A stretch of DNA of 64,000 nucleotides from Phoronis australis (Eukaryota; Animalia; Phoronida), in contig NMRA01000643.1 of the NCBI GenBank assembly GCA_002633005.1, positions 124,001-188,000 on the forward strand, given 5' to 3'. The translations under genes were made by a program, and so were the position numbers. Below are positions 1-12,144 of the stretch, one piece after another. Position 1 is the first letter of the stretch. Every line of letters starts with the position of its first letter. The notes below the pieces were generated by a model. It was given only the letters and a program-made list of their open reading frames with translations. It was not told where the DNA came from and made no database searches.

Positions 1-238
1 TGACAATGAAGCTGATAATATTTGTTTACACAAATCAAGAACATGAAAAGTTAGCATTTTCAGAAGTCATAATTTGATTTATTTCTTTTTCGAAATTATT
101 GTTTATGTTTCAATTTGTTGAGTTAGCGATTGATTGATTTCATTTATAAGATAATGTTTTCAGTGAGATTACAGTTATGAAGGTAACCGGTGAAAATAAA
201 ATGATTTTAACTTTAGAATATTATCTCTTGAAATATAG

Positions 239-2660
239 GTTGTACTATAAAAGTGGTTTAAGAACGTGTGTCAGTGACACTACGTGGACCAGGGACTTAA
301 TTGAAGCTTTTGGTGTTGACAAAGCTACAGACTTCGGAGTGAGCCAAAGTTTTAACACGTTATTCACCGAAAAGTCGTGGATATTCAACGGGGTGTTGTG
401 GTCGCTGTCTGATGGTGTTAATAATCTTGAATCGGTTTTGGCATCACTTAGCAACTGCAAGACTCCGACCGGTGACCATTGGTCTGACAGCTATTCGGGT
501 AAGTTTAGTGAATCAAAAGGGGTCATTTAAATATTCATTTTATGCACAATTGATGGGCGAAAGTGAAAAGAGCATTGAGAAGTCATTCCATTTGCTCCGT
601 CATGAAACATTCTGTACGGTGTAGGCCTACTATAGTCTTCCTTCAGGATCTGTTGTTTGGACATAAAGAAACCGCTACCCATTGCCCTCTGGATCCTTAT
701 AAATTGACGAAAAACGTTTACCCAGCAATTAGAAACATAGAAATCTGATATTGCACGTATATTGTGTACGGGGTTTGCACTATAGAAGTAGTTTAAAAAC
801 GTGTGTCAGTGACACTACGTGGACCAGGGACTTAATTGAAGCTTTCGGTGTTGACAAAGTCACAGACTTTGGAGTTAGCCAGTTTTAACACGTTTTTTAC
901 CGAGAAGTCGTGGATAGGGGACGTCAGCATGTGTAGCATATTGTCGACAGATGCAAGTTCTCTTTGTTTTGTCTCAGTTGAATGTCATGTTTGCTCGCAT
1001 TTTATCGTGTATTTAAGGAGGCTATCTTTATGCAAATGGTGTCCTCGGAACCAACGGGGGATGGGTTACGGTGTTTTGGGCATGTACTAATAATTACGCA
1101 AGCGTCGGAGACCAGGTTACGGTCCGCATAGGTGGAGGTTCGGGGCACACGGGAGAGTTTATTCACACGAGTTGCAACGACTATACAGTGAATCCAAACA
1201 ACAGAATCACGTGTCGCTGGTAAGTTTAAACATGGTCTTTGAGTTGAAAAATCTGAGACCTCCTCAGGGGCGTGCTGAATTACTTATGAGTGCCCCCCCC
1301 CCGAGACCATTTAAACCGAAGAAGTAAATTAATTTCGATTGAAACTTTTGCGGATTGACTCTACAGAATTTACCTTCACCCAGGGGCCCAGTCGGGAGCA
1401 GAGGACAATGCGTTACTCGCACACGGAAAACGGCCTGTTAAAGGACATCTACGGTATCAGAACAGATCAATTCAATTTTTACATAACCATGTATAACGAA
1501 CGATGCTTATCTAAATATTCTAAAAATTGAAAATTCGGTAACGCAATCCAATGAATTCAATATTCTCAGGATTTTGGTAACCCATGTAGGCCTAACTTGC
1601 GGATAACTGATTGACATTTTTTCATGGAATGTTAAAGCCATATGCATATAATGTCGCTGACTACCAGGGGAGACTCGACTATATTTTTGAGGGGATACAG
1701 CTGGCAAATTAGGGAATCCTCTGTCACATTTTTATCCGTGGATGGGTAGGCGCAAGTTGTTACCGACCGGTGCTCCTAGCTCTCTGTGCGAAGATAGTGT
1801 GAAAACTGGTTCGAGTTAATCGCTTTATTAATCTCGACCGTACGATCACAAGTCTATAAAACAAAACATCCGACGTAATGTCTGTTCTATGCTCCGTTTA
1901 GTACTGTGAAGTCTTGACTTGCGATGAACTTCTGAGACACTTCCAGCAACTGCTACACTCGTTGATTTAATAATGTGCAGTCTCTAAAGATGGCCCTGTA
2001 TTGACTATCGCTGTAACTGCCGATTCTCTTCGCTGCAACACAACTGTAACTTCTTCTGTGACTCTCTTTCAACGCGCTTTCAATTAACTGTCACTAACCC
2101 GTGCCTTGGTATTTTTAGTCTCTTACAATGTTCTGGAACTTTTCGCCAATTCAAACACATTCTAGAAATTTCGGTAATCTACCCAATCCTTTTACAAACA
2201 TATACTAGGCTCTAGAATGTTCCAGACTACATTAACCACTAACATTCTAGAATCTTCTAGAATGTTCCCTACTATTCTATTATAAACAAAATACATCATC
2301 ACTGGCCTGACCTCATGGCTCATGTCAATCAAGTGCTATCTGCTAGTAAACAAATAGAACAGCAAAATAAAACCTATTAAACTAATACAAGTGTTAGTCT
2401 ACTACTGGGAGTTTCCATGTACTAAGTCAGCCTATTCTTGGAGTTTTGTTCCAGAAAAAAACATGACTATGTTGAAATTGGCCATAAACCTATATTTGCG
2501 CATCTGTGTGATACAGTTTTAGTAAGCTCCTGTTTCAGTTTACTATTTAGTTGGAGCAAAGATTACGTAATTTCATGTAGTTCAATACCGCCAAATTACT
2601 TGTTCTGATTTTTTATCCAACAGGCAAGATAACTGTGCAAGGTCAATGTGGATTCGTTGA
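239..2660 (+). CDS. Fibrinogen/intelectin-like secreted protein, paralogue 1 (last three coding exons; 5' exons lie upstream of the window)
   Basis: Exons 239-498, 1018-1219 and 2624-2660 have AG/GT boundaries and matching phases. Translation: RLYYKSGLRTCVSDTTWTRDLIEAFGVDKATDFGVS...SNCKTPTGDHWSDSYSG|GYLYANGVLGTNGGWVTVFWAC...HTGEFIHTSCNDY...ITCRW|QDNCARSMWIR*. Colinear with exons 4-6 of the gene at 5843-12144, with the same phases and exon sizes 260/202/37 versus 257/202/37. AATAAA at 2736-2741. Confidence 0.85.
773..916 (+). pseudogene. Degenerate intronic copy of the 5' half of exon 239-498 (pseudo-exon)
   Basis: Near-identical to about 239-383 (aacgtgtgtcagtgacactacgtggaccagggacttaattgaagcttt...ccgagaagtcgtggata). 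It has no intact AG acceptor and a 2-nt deletion (agccaaagtttt -> agccagtttt) that creates an in-frame TAA. Confidence 0.8.
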
Positions 2661-3004
2661 TCTGCGACAGCTCACACGCTCTTACAGATGTAGCCAGATC
2701 TGGAGAGAAAGACCGTACTATCCAGCCATGACCGTAATAAAAACGTCAGGATACCGTTTCTACCAAGAACGTTTTTTGGACATCGTAGTTGGCCTCCCTC
2801 GTGTCATTTGATCATAGACTAGCGTACCCGGTTAGAGGAAGATTAGAAACACTTATTTTCTGAACATCGGCGGATTCTCAGAGGACTTTTAGAATCTTAA
2901 ATTGCTTTTCTAAATGCTCAGTATTTTATAAATACATGTATTATGTGCATTCAGTCCAACTGTCTATGCTAGCTTCTTCAGAGACTTCTCAAAAGTTCTG
3001 ATGT

Positions 3005-3520
3005 AGGTTACCTAAGACCATAGAAAATTGTTCAATTTTGACCAACTTCGAAACATCGTATCTCAGAAATGACTGATTGGTTTTACAGGAAACTTTCAGG
3101 TACTATGCTTCATACGCTATTTTTTCTAAAAGTCTGCCAGGGATTGTTTTTAAATGTTCCACTTATGCAGGACTTTTATTATTTTTATGAAAAAAATGAA
3201 GTTGCAAAAAACGAAAACGAAATGATAGTTTTGGAAACTGTAGCAGCGTTTTTGAGATTTTATCTTGAACATATATTATGTATATTTACATGATCATATG
3301 AAATTTGATCGTGTTGTTTTGTTATGAATGTACCTTTCTGTTTAGCTAAATGTTCCTAAAAAGCAGGGTTACATGACCTAATTGGCGGCAAATTGGTATA
3401 AAGTAAAAAATACGATATTTCTGCTTTTAGGAAATAAATACTTTTGCCCAGTTAAATTCTATAGATATGTAAAAAATTGCCTAAATGTACAGACTTGTCG
3501 ATAAGGTCCTCCATAACTTA
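3005..3520. mobile_element. Non-autonomous DNA transposon (TTAA-bounded, Kolobok-like), related to the copy at 33360-33848
   Basis: Shares ordered motifs with 33360-33848: gacc(a/t)tagaaaattg near the start, gg(t)(t/c)acatgacc, agttaaa(t/a)tctatag, and the ending taaggtcc...acttaa. The family assignment is inferred from the TTAA ends. Confidence 0.45.
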
Positions 3521-4869
3521 AACGCATCTACGCTCCGACTTGGCCCACAGTGCAGTAGCTGCGAAATGACCATTACTGTAATGAAGAGAACACAATCCTG
3601 TGGTCACTCACATAGTTTACATTTATTCCTGGATCTTCGATCAGGCACATACGTCAACGTCAGAGTCAATATACAACTGACGCATACCAACACGAAAAGA
3701 AAGATATGGAAAACTCCAAACATGCCGAGACCTCTATCGGGATACTACAGAGCACAGATACGAGAGTCTAAGTATGCACCCTGTCTGTCTTCATTGGTGT
3801 TCATAACCTGCAGGCTATCAAATTTAACGATCAATCGTATACCTTTCAAATTACGGCGTACAACCATGGGCAGCGCACCACAGGGGCTGGGGGGCTATAG
3901 CCCCCACTTATTTCAGTGCTGCGCCACCTATGACAACATCTCTCCCAGCTGGTATAGCACAAGAGTGTTCTCAACAGACATTTAGTGTCAACCTACATGT
4001 ACAGTATTGCTCCTAGTAGTCTAATCTATCATAAAGGGTCAGTGATTTATCGTGTGAGAAATATGTGGTCAGGAGTGTTTACCACCTGTAATATGTGTGT
4101 GAGACAACAGGACGCTAGAAAGTACCACCAAGACCTGGCAAAAAACTGGCCAAATTCAGACACGTCTGTTCACAAGCTGATAATAGAAACTGATTGGCAT
4201 AACGACGTCCCAATAAGGAGAAGAGGCGCTTTGTGGTCGAGATCTACAGATGTTAAAGATGAGATTCATTTTATGCTCTGTTGCACAGTATTTTAACTTT
4301 TGCCAGACATAACCAGAAACGTTTCAAACTCTGAAAATATTCGACATAAGTTTATTCAAGACAATAAATTATAACCTTCGTATTACTGGGTGTACCTCGC
4401 AAAAATATACCTGACTCACACTTCAAATGACAACTAAATAAATGCGCTGTTTATTGACTTAGGAAAAAAAGTACTAGTTCAAATTCATAACGAGGTACGG
4501 TGGTCAGAAAGGACTTAAGCCTTTAACACGTACCATGAAAAGATCGAACTTTGATATTGATCAATCAAGTCTCTGTTTGAACACTGCATGCCACGTATGC
4601 CGTGACTGACGAATATGTATTGAATTTATTGAATTTGTCTTAGGTGCTGCAGCGAATCAAAAGACGTTATTAGAAGAACGCAGCTCTGAAAGACGTTTTT
4701 TGACAAGTTACATAACTCGGACACAATTAATTTATTCATTTGTCTGGGAAAGTCACATCTGCCACCAAAGTTTCAGAAATGCTTCTCGAAATTTTCGGGA
4801 AGGAAATGTTCAAATACATTCAAATGGAAAAGTCTCTCCATTTAAGAAATTGTAAATATGAAAATAATG

Positions 4870-5025
4870 CGCACGCGTGGTTGTGCGCGTGTGTGTGTGC
4901 GCGCTTTGTCTCTTGTACATTGCTTTTGTGTTTTCAATAAATGTATTAAATACATGTGTGTGTGTGTGTGCGCGCGTGTTGCGTGTGTGTGTGCGTGTGT
5001 ATGTGCGCGCCTGTGTGTGTGTATA
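4870..5025. repeat. (TG)n/(CG)n microsatellite tracts
   Basis: Runs such as gtgtgtgtgtgtgtgtgcgcgcgtgttgcgtgtgtgtgtg. Confidence 0.9.
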
Positions 5026-5285
5026 TGAAAAGGACATTGATGAAGAAATGTGTTTTTTGCTTTAAAGATCAGTATTAAAATATGTTTCAGCTTGGACGAC
5101 TACTTTTTACAACAAAATCTATACTTACAAACTCTTATCATGCATTAGAAATATTCTACTCTACAGTCACCATCTCAATTTTTCGTTTCAAAGAAGAATA
5201 AAAAGCAGCCCAACTCGCCACTTACGGCTACATTTTGTGCAAACCATGTACCCCTTGAATGCACAGCTCTTACATGTGTAGTATT

Positions 5286-5428
5286 GTACGTGTACTGTGT
5301 TGTACTGGTATCACGTGTACTGTGTTGTACTGGTATCACGTGTACTGTGTTGTACTGGTATCACGTGTACTGTGTTGTACTGGTATCACGTGTACTGTGT
5401 TGTACTGGTATCACGTGTACTGTGTTGT
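5286..5428. repeat. 25-bp minisatellite, about 5.7 copies, each full unit containing CACGTG
   Basis: Unit TCACGTGTACTGTGTTGTACTGGTA; CACGTG at 5312, 5337, 5362, 5387 and 5412. Confidence 0.95.
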
Positions 5429-5842
5429 AGAATCCACGCTATAATCAAGTATTGGACAAACACACACTTCAGAAAGCACCTTGTTCTAAGCCTGTCAACC
5501 CAAAAAAACCCTTCACATATTTGAATTTGGAAATTAAGTGTAATTTTGTAATTCATAATTAAACCTAGAATTTTCCAGAGAACAAGTTTGAATTTCCGAC
5601 ATCAATCGTAATAACGGCAAACGAAAATAAACAAACAGACGTGTTATCTTAGCCTTATTATTAATTATCGCCTGCATTTTATGCACACATTGCTGCATCC
5701 CACTTAAATATGGAACACATATTGTTGATCAATTTCATTTGGTGTCGCATCGACTGTCGATAATTTCATTTGGTGTCGCATTGACTGGACGCTTTATAGA
5801 CTGCGCAACACAAGCTGGACTACGTTTTGTTGTTTTCCAATC

Positions 5843-8800
5843 ATGCTGTTGAATAATTTGATCTTTTTCTTAACAATTTTCGTTTTTCAAGAGGAAGTAC
5901 TTGCCGAGCCACAAAGGTTGAGAACTTTGCGATACGAGGCTATCAGAAACAAACGTAAAATCGGGACTCCCTCTACTCAAATCAGTTCGACAGTGCAGTA
6001 TTGTAGCCATCTATGTTTCAGAAGTAACGAATGCGACGGATTCAGTTATTCTACAACACTGCGACTATGTGAGCAACATAACTGCCATTACAACGGAAGT
6101 GGATCCGTGATGGAAGACAGTGATTGGATGTATTTTGAACCCAGCGATGGCAGCTGTCCCGGTAGGTATAAGGTCTGAGTAGGTTTTGCGTGCGAAGTTG
6201 GCATCAGAGGAAAAGGTTTTTATGCTTGGTGAATTATCAGCCACCTGTCCGCATTTGTAGGCTTGTGAACACACTGGTTGTCTTCGCATAACTAACTGTT
6301 TCATTTCTAAGTCAAGTTTGGCTTTCACCATGATTGTAAACTGCTCAACAAATTCTTCGCTATATAGCTGAAAATAAATAGGGATCTTTTTATGCAATGC
6401 TTCTAATGTAAGAACTCATTCCCTCTTTATTTTCGTTGAAATAAGGGCTCAGTTTTTAGCCGGGAAATGTCATTAGTCAAAGAGGAGCTCATAATAAAGA
6501 CAAATTGATAGAAAAACGTTGAATAATCTTTTCGCTGCGCAGTTTGTCGATTCTGCGCTCGACGGATGTATTTCTTAGAGCAGCGCGTTTTTGCAATTTG
6601 GAAAGGGGCATCGAGTTATGCTTAGACTGTGAAAGGGTACAATTCCAACACCTACGGAAAAATGAATTCACAGTTGTAAGACTTTTCTCTCAATTAGACT
6701 TTGTGTCAGCTCAACTGCTGGCCATCTTCACTAATACTATTTCACACCTCTCTGTGTTACATTGGACTAAATTCAACGAACGTCGGGAAAACCGCTGGCA
6801 TGCTGCCGAAAACGTTAGTATTAAAGTACATCCAACATCAGAGTAAGGTCAGAACTTAAAATTGACAGTCTTCAAAATTTGAAATTCCTGCCTCTTTTGG
6901 AAAAAATCATTAGGGGTCAGCAAACGAGCTAAATTAGACATTAGAGGGACCAGCCAAACCTGATTTAAAATCAAGAAACCCTCCTCAATTTTGGGGGAGG
7001 TCCTTTTTGGGTTTTTGGCTGTTTTTCTGTTACGGGTTATTCAGTGATCAGTGTGGTACGATTGTTTACTTTAAATCAGTTTAGGCCAGCACCTCGAATA
7101 TCTAACCTAGCTCACATCTCCAAGAGCATTGCGTGGGTGACATTTTGGGGGATTCTGGCGAGCACAACCCAGAGTGTATTTTCAATTGACGGACCAGTGG
7201 CATGCACTGTATTTACCAACGGGCCCCTCGAATGTTTCAGCTAACTCAATTTTGAGGGATCGCCGCTTTGGGAATATGAATTAGGTACGTCCCGTTCCAG
7301 AGGTTCCAGTAACGTTGTGCTCTGGAATCATCTCACGTGATTAAATATTCATGATGCCATTGACTGAGAACATCGGAACTGGCCATTTGTTAAACGTAGC
7401 CCTGGAACCTGCATAGTTAGTTGTATTTTTCAGTGTATCCACTCAACTGTAAGCTATACGCAGACTATGGATTCTCGACGGGTGACGGGAACTACATCGT
7501 TAAACCCAAAATAGGACCTGAAACTATTAACTTGTGTAAGTCAAATATTATACACCAGCTTTGCTAGATTTTTAGAGCACATACTTTTGGTTAATTATTT
7601 TTCTTCTTGCAAAGAAGTGCTTAGCACCAACAGTTTAAGGCGAACTTGCTTCACTTGAGTTTTTAAAAGATTTTTAGATGAATTTTAAAATAGACTATAG
7701 GAGTAGCGTTCAGACGGTCGTGAACAACGGACGGACCTGGTTTAAGTTTTGCAACAAGTTCGAGGAACAGTTGGTCATTAAATCTACTGTGGCTGTTCTC
7801 GAATCTTTAACATGAATGGTTCCATTTCTTCGACTGCATATTTTCATTGGTATATGCAGGAGTTTCAAAGTTATGTTTAAATTGCATTTAATGCAAAATT
7901 GCACGCTGGCAATCACTCGAAATTTTTGGTTTGTTTAATTACTTGTCAATCAGTATTAAGATGTTAATATTAACATTTAATTTGCAGACTGCGACATGAC
8001 TAGCAATGGAGGCGGATGGACCAGGTAAAAAGTTTAATATAGTCGTTAAAATAAGCCCTTACCAGTTGCATAATGACCTGGGGGTGCAACGGGACCATGA
8101 CACCCTGTTCATCGCGAAAAGCTCTCCCCGGTCACTTCAGTTTTGAGTTTTCCCTTCCTGTTCATTTCAAAGTGCCCCTAAGTTGCCACTAATTCTATCA
8201 TTCGACCACCCCCCCCCCCTCCCGCAAAACCGATAAGGTATCATCAACGCCGTCGTTTAGCTCTGAATTAATGTTTGTGCATGTTTTCTCAACTTCACTG
8301 TATAGTCACATGACGCAGTCATACAGCAGTTTCGTATAAGAGCCCTATAACAAAATTTTCTGTTATTCTTTACGTACGTAAGTTCAATGCTGTAGACAGT
8401 TTTGTAGATCTTCACTGAATGTAGAGATTTGTTTCTGAGATTTCCTCTAACCTCAGAGGCTATTAACTCGGAGCCCGTGGTGCCTCAGTGATGGATCCAC
8501 TGGCCAGCCAGGGTAGACAATCTCTCTCCTTCATTGACCGTACCACCGTTCTCATCAATATAACAAGAGTTCTTTTCTCACACAAACATGAAAAATAGCA
8601 ATATTTTCTTTACTCACGTCACGAATACATTTTTCGCCATTAACCAGCACAGCTCATGCCAGCTACTGAATTAGAGAGGTGATGCGAATTATGGATCCCG
8701 AGGAAAGATCGATTAGCTTTACATTTGTAGCTAAACGAGGGCAACTTAATAGCAACGTGTTTTCTTACCTCCAGAACAAATTTCTATCCGGTACCTTCTC

Positions 8801-11800
8801 CCCTGNTGATCATTTCAAAGTGCCCCTAAGTTGCCACTAATTCTATCATTCGACCACCCCCCCCCTCCCGCAAAACCGATATGGTATCATCAACGCCGTC
8901 GTTTAGCTCTGAATTAATGTTTGTGCATGTTTTCTCAACTTCACTGTATAGTCACATGACGCAGTCATACACATGAGCAGTTTCGTATAAGAGCCCTAAA
9001 ACAAAATTTTCTGTTATTCTTTACGTACGTAAGTTCAATGCTATAAACAGTTTTGTAGATCATCACTGAATGTAGAGATTTGTTGCTGAGGTTTCCTCTA
9101 ACCTTAGAGGCTATTAACTCGGAGCCCGTGGTGCCTCAGTGATGGATCCACTGGCCAGCCAGGGTAGACAATCTCTCTCCTTCATTGACCGTACCACCGT
9201 TCTCATAAATATAACTAGAGTTCTTTTCTCACACAAAAATAAAAAATAGCAATATTTCTTTATTCACGCACCGGTCTCACGTCACGAATACATTTTTCGC
9301 CATTAACCGGCACAGCTCATGCCAGTTACTGGATTAGAGAGGTGATACGAATTATGGATCCCGAGGAAAGATCGATTAGCCTTAAATTTGTAGCTAAACG
9401 AGGGCAACTTAATAGCAACGTGTTTTCTTACCTCCAGAACAAATTTCTATCCGGTACCTTCTCCCCTGACGGCCATACTCGTTGTTTTGGCGGCTGAAAG
9501 ATGCCCGCCGTGACACATGACGGCGACATCCTGTTGCTCCCAACTTGTTCGATTGTATAGCCCAACAACAATTCGGGAAGTTAACCCCCCGTAGCCAATT
9601 AACTCCATTCTGGCGTTGATGGTTGGAGGGCCTGTGCTCGTTTGTTTGATAATTGCTCTAATCTATCAGATCGTATCTAGCCTGACTGGGGTGGGTTGAT
9701 AATTATCGGCACGTCCAGCACCCCTCACGTCTGAAAAAGTTACTGAACGACAGGACGCTGTAATGAACTGACTATGAGCCTGGTTTGAAATAACAACTAA
9801 CTGTCATTTGTTAGTATCGCATTTAGAAACCATTTTCAATCTGAGTATGGACCTAAATGATATTTTTTGCAGTAAGTAACCAAATCAAATATCATGCAAG
9901 CCGACTGGGACCAGTTCCACTGTGAACCGCCTTTTGACTAAAGTCAAAAGCCAAGAGTTTAATATTAGTCGGCTCAACCTCCAAACTTTGCAACTTCCAC
10001 ATCAGGTAGCCAAACTAAAGACGAAACTTTAGTCAAAAACTGCAAGTCAAACTCAATTGAGATCATTCTCTTGGAACGGACATAAGACAAATTTTAGTTC
10101 TATCTTAAAACTGACTAAATCTTAGCTAAGTCAGTTTTCCTAGAACGCCTGGGCCCCAGGCTTATCGCCCAGTTAATATTCGCTTTTTTGGAAATACAGG
10201 TTGTACTCCAAATCTGGTGTACGAACGTGTACCCCGGAACTGAGCTGGACAGAGGACTTGGTAAAGACATTGGGTGTCGACAAAGCTACCGACTTCGGAG
10301 TGAGCAGTAGCTTGACCACTTTATCCACCGACCAGTCGTGGACACTCAGCGGCATGTCGTGGGGGAAAAGCGTGAACGTGGATTTATTAACGGTGATGAC
10401 TTCTGTATTCAATTGCCAGACGCCGACGGGAACTGCATGGTCCGACAGCTACTCAAGTAAATGAGAGATTTTCATTTCTTTGATCCTTCCTAGTTTTATC
10501 AGAAGGAAGTGGTTTTCATGAAACAAACCCAATCCCAAAACATTCAAGGTTCGAAAGACGTTTAGGCCCAATAAAAAGTGTTGACCGTGAAGCAAAACGG
10601 TAGATCTAAACTTGGTTCAAAATGGTCTAGTCGATCAATTCAAAGGTTTGATACACTGAATTTTTTTAGATATGTGGCCTCCTGTTTTAAAAATGTCAGA
10701 CTTTCTCTGTAATTTTGGCAGTGACTCCCCTAGTCTCGCTTCCAGTCTCTATTATAGCGATTAGTGTCTAGCGAACAACTCGAAAACCAGGACATTTGGT
10801 CATATTTTCATCAGTCTAAGCTAGGGTCTGATGCGTATTTCAAATCATTCAAATTGTCTCTTGTTTCTCTCATTTTCTGTATTGTTTTTAGACAAATATT
10901 TATTCGATTGCTACTTATGACTCCAATAGTACGCTCTTCATTAGATAAACTGTTCAGAGATACATAAATAGCACTGCACATGCACAGCTGTAGACTACAA
11001 CGAAGGAGTTCTGCTCGAGTGTCGTTGTGAGAGCATGGTGATCAGACAAGTAGTGTTTGTCATCTGGATTGTGACTCAAGGTGCGCCAGTTAGGGTTGTA
11101 AATGTGTGCTTTTTATGTTCATATGTATTCATGGTTAGGTCTGCCAATGAAAAACCAAATTTGAGTGCCTCATCTTTACTCGGTTTATTTGTTGAATTTT
11201 TATTAAAATGACAGAAATACGGTATACAGATTCTTTTTGTTGCTTAAACACCATAAAAAACAAACAAAGCGTCTTCTCAATGCCATACCTTTTTGTTCAG
11301 GTGGGTATTTGTATTCAAGCAGTGGAACTCTAGGAACAAATGGCGCTTGGACAACTATGTTTTGGGGCTGTTCTTCCAACAAGAACGTCGGCGATGTCGC
11401 AACCTTTCGCTTAGGCGGGGCGCCAAATCATGGAGGTGAATTTGTCCACAGTAGCTGCGCAGACTATAGAGTCGGCTCAGACAATACAGTTACCTGTCGC
11501 TGGTGAGTAACTTGTCGCTATAGTGGCGATACACAAAGTCCAAAGGGGTTTCTGAATGAACCCCAACAAGAGAAAAGCCCCATTGAGGCTCTTTCGGAAA
11601 AAAGTTTGGAAAGGTCTAACATTTGAAGGACCATTAAAGTAGTTCAAGTTGACCACTTGACAGCAGTAGCGTCGACTTCTCTCATTGTTGCCACGCTGCC
11701 GAAAAAAGGAAACTGCTGAAGTGACCGAAGACTTTGCAGCAGTCACTTCGGTAAACGAACGGTTTTGGAAAGTTTTACTGTCTAAAGAGAAATAGGTAAA

Positions 11801-12144
11801 ACCAAACGAATACCATTCAACGCATGATGTAGAACAAATCTTTTACTAATATTTTTTCCCACCAGGTGAAAAAAGTCAGACAGCATGGCTTGTGTGTGGT
11901 AAATTATGTCGGATTCGGCACCGCAATAGTTGTTTTAATATAAACTTTTATGGTTACAAGAGTTTTCATCTTGACACGTTATTCCTATGTATGGAATCGT
12001 GATAATTGTTTTAAAAATGAAATGAGATGTAAAATTGTTTTGCAATGCAGAACGTCTGGTCATTAACGTGGCGAAGAACTGTTACAGTGTCATCTTTTGT
12101 TCAACAGGCAAAATTCGTGTTCAAGATCCATGTGGTTCCGCTGA
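5843..12144 (+). CDS. Secreted PAN/apple-domain plus fibrinogen/intelectin-like domain protein, paralogue 2 (6 exons, 317 aa)
   Basis: Exons 5843-6161, 7434-7535, 7988-8024, 10200-10456, 11301-11502 and 12108-12144 total 954 nt, are all GT-AG and join in frame. The protein has a hydrophobic signal peptide (MLLNNLIFFLTIFVFQEEVLA), a PAN-type cysteine pattern (CSHLCFRSNECDGFSY...LC), the fibrinogen-C N-terminal signature PLNCKLYADYGFSTGDGNYIVKP...LYCDMTSNGGGWT, and the C-terminus SMWFR*. Confidence 0.85.
8159..9468. repeat. About 650-bp near-identical tandem duplication (8159-8805 / 8807-9468) joined by a single N; probable haplotype/assembly artefact
   Basis: Both copies run from tg(t/a)tcatttcaaagtgcccc to gtaccttctcccctg with scattered SNPs and small indels; N at 8806 lies exactly at the junction. 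Confidence 0.85.

Noticed and set aside
3485-4296. 166-aa and 103-aa adjacent ORFs
   Set aside because: No recognisable domain; they overlap repeat fragments and have no supporting splice structure.
11501-11508. Trp-stop overlapping the splice donor in both paralogues (TG|GTGAGT, TG|GTAAGT)
   Set aside because: An automatic consequence of a phase-2 GTRAG donor; conserved downstream exons (QNSCSRSMWFR, QDNCARSMWIR) show that splicing continues.
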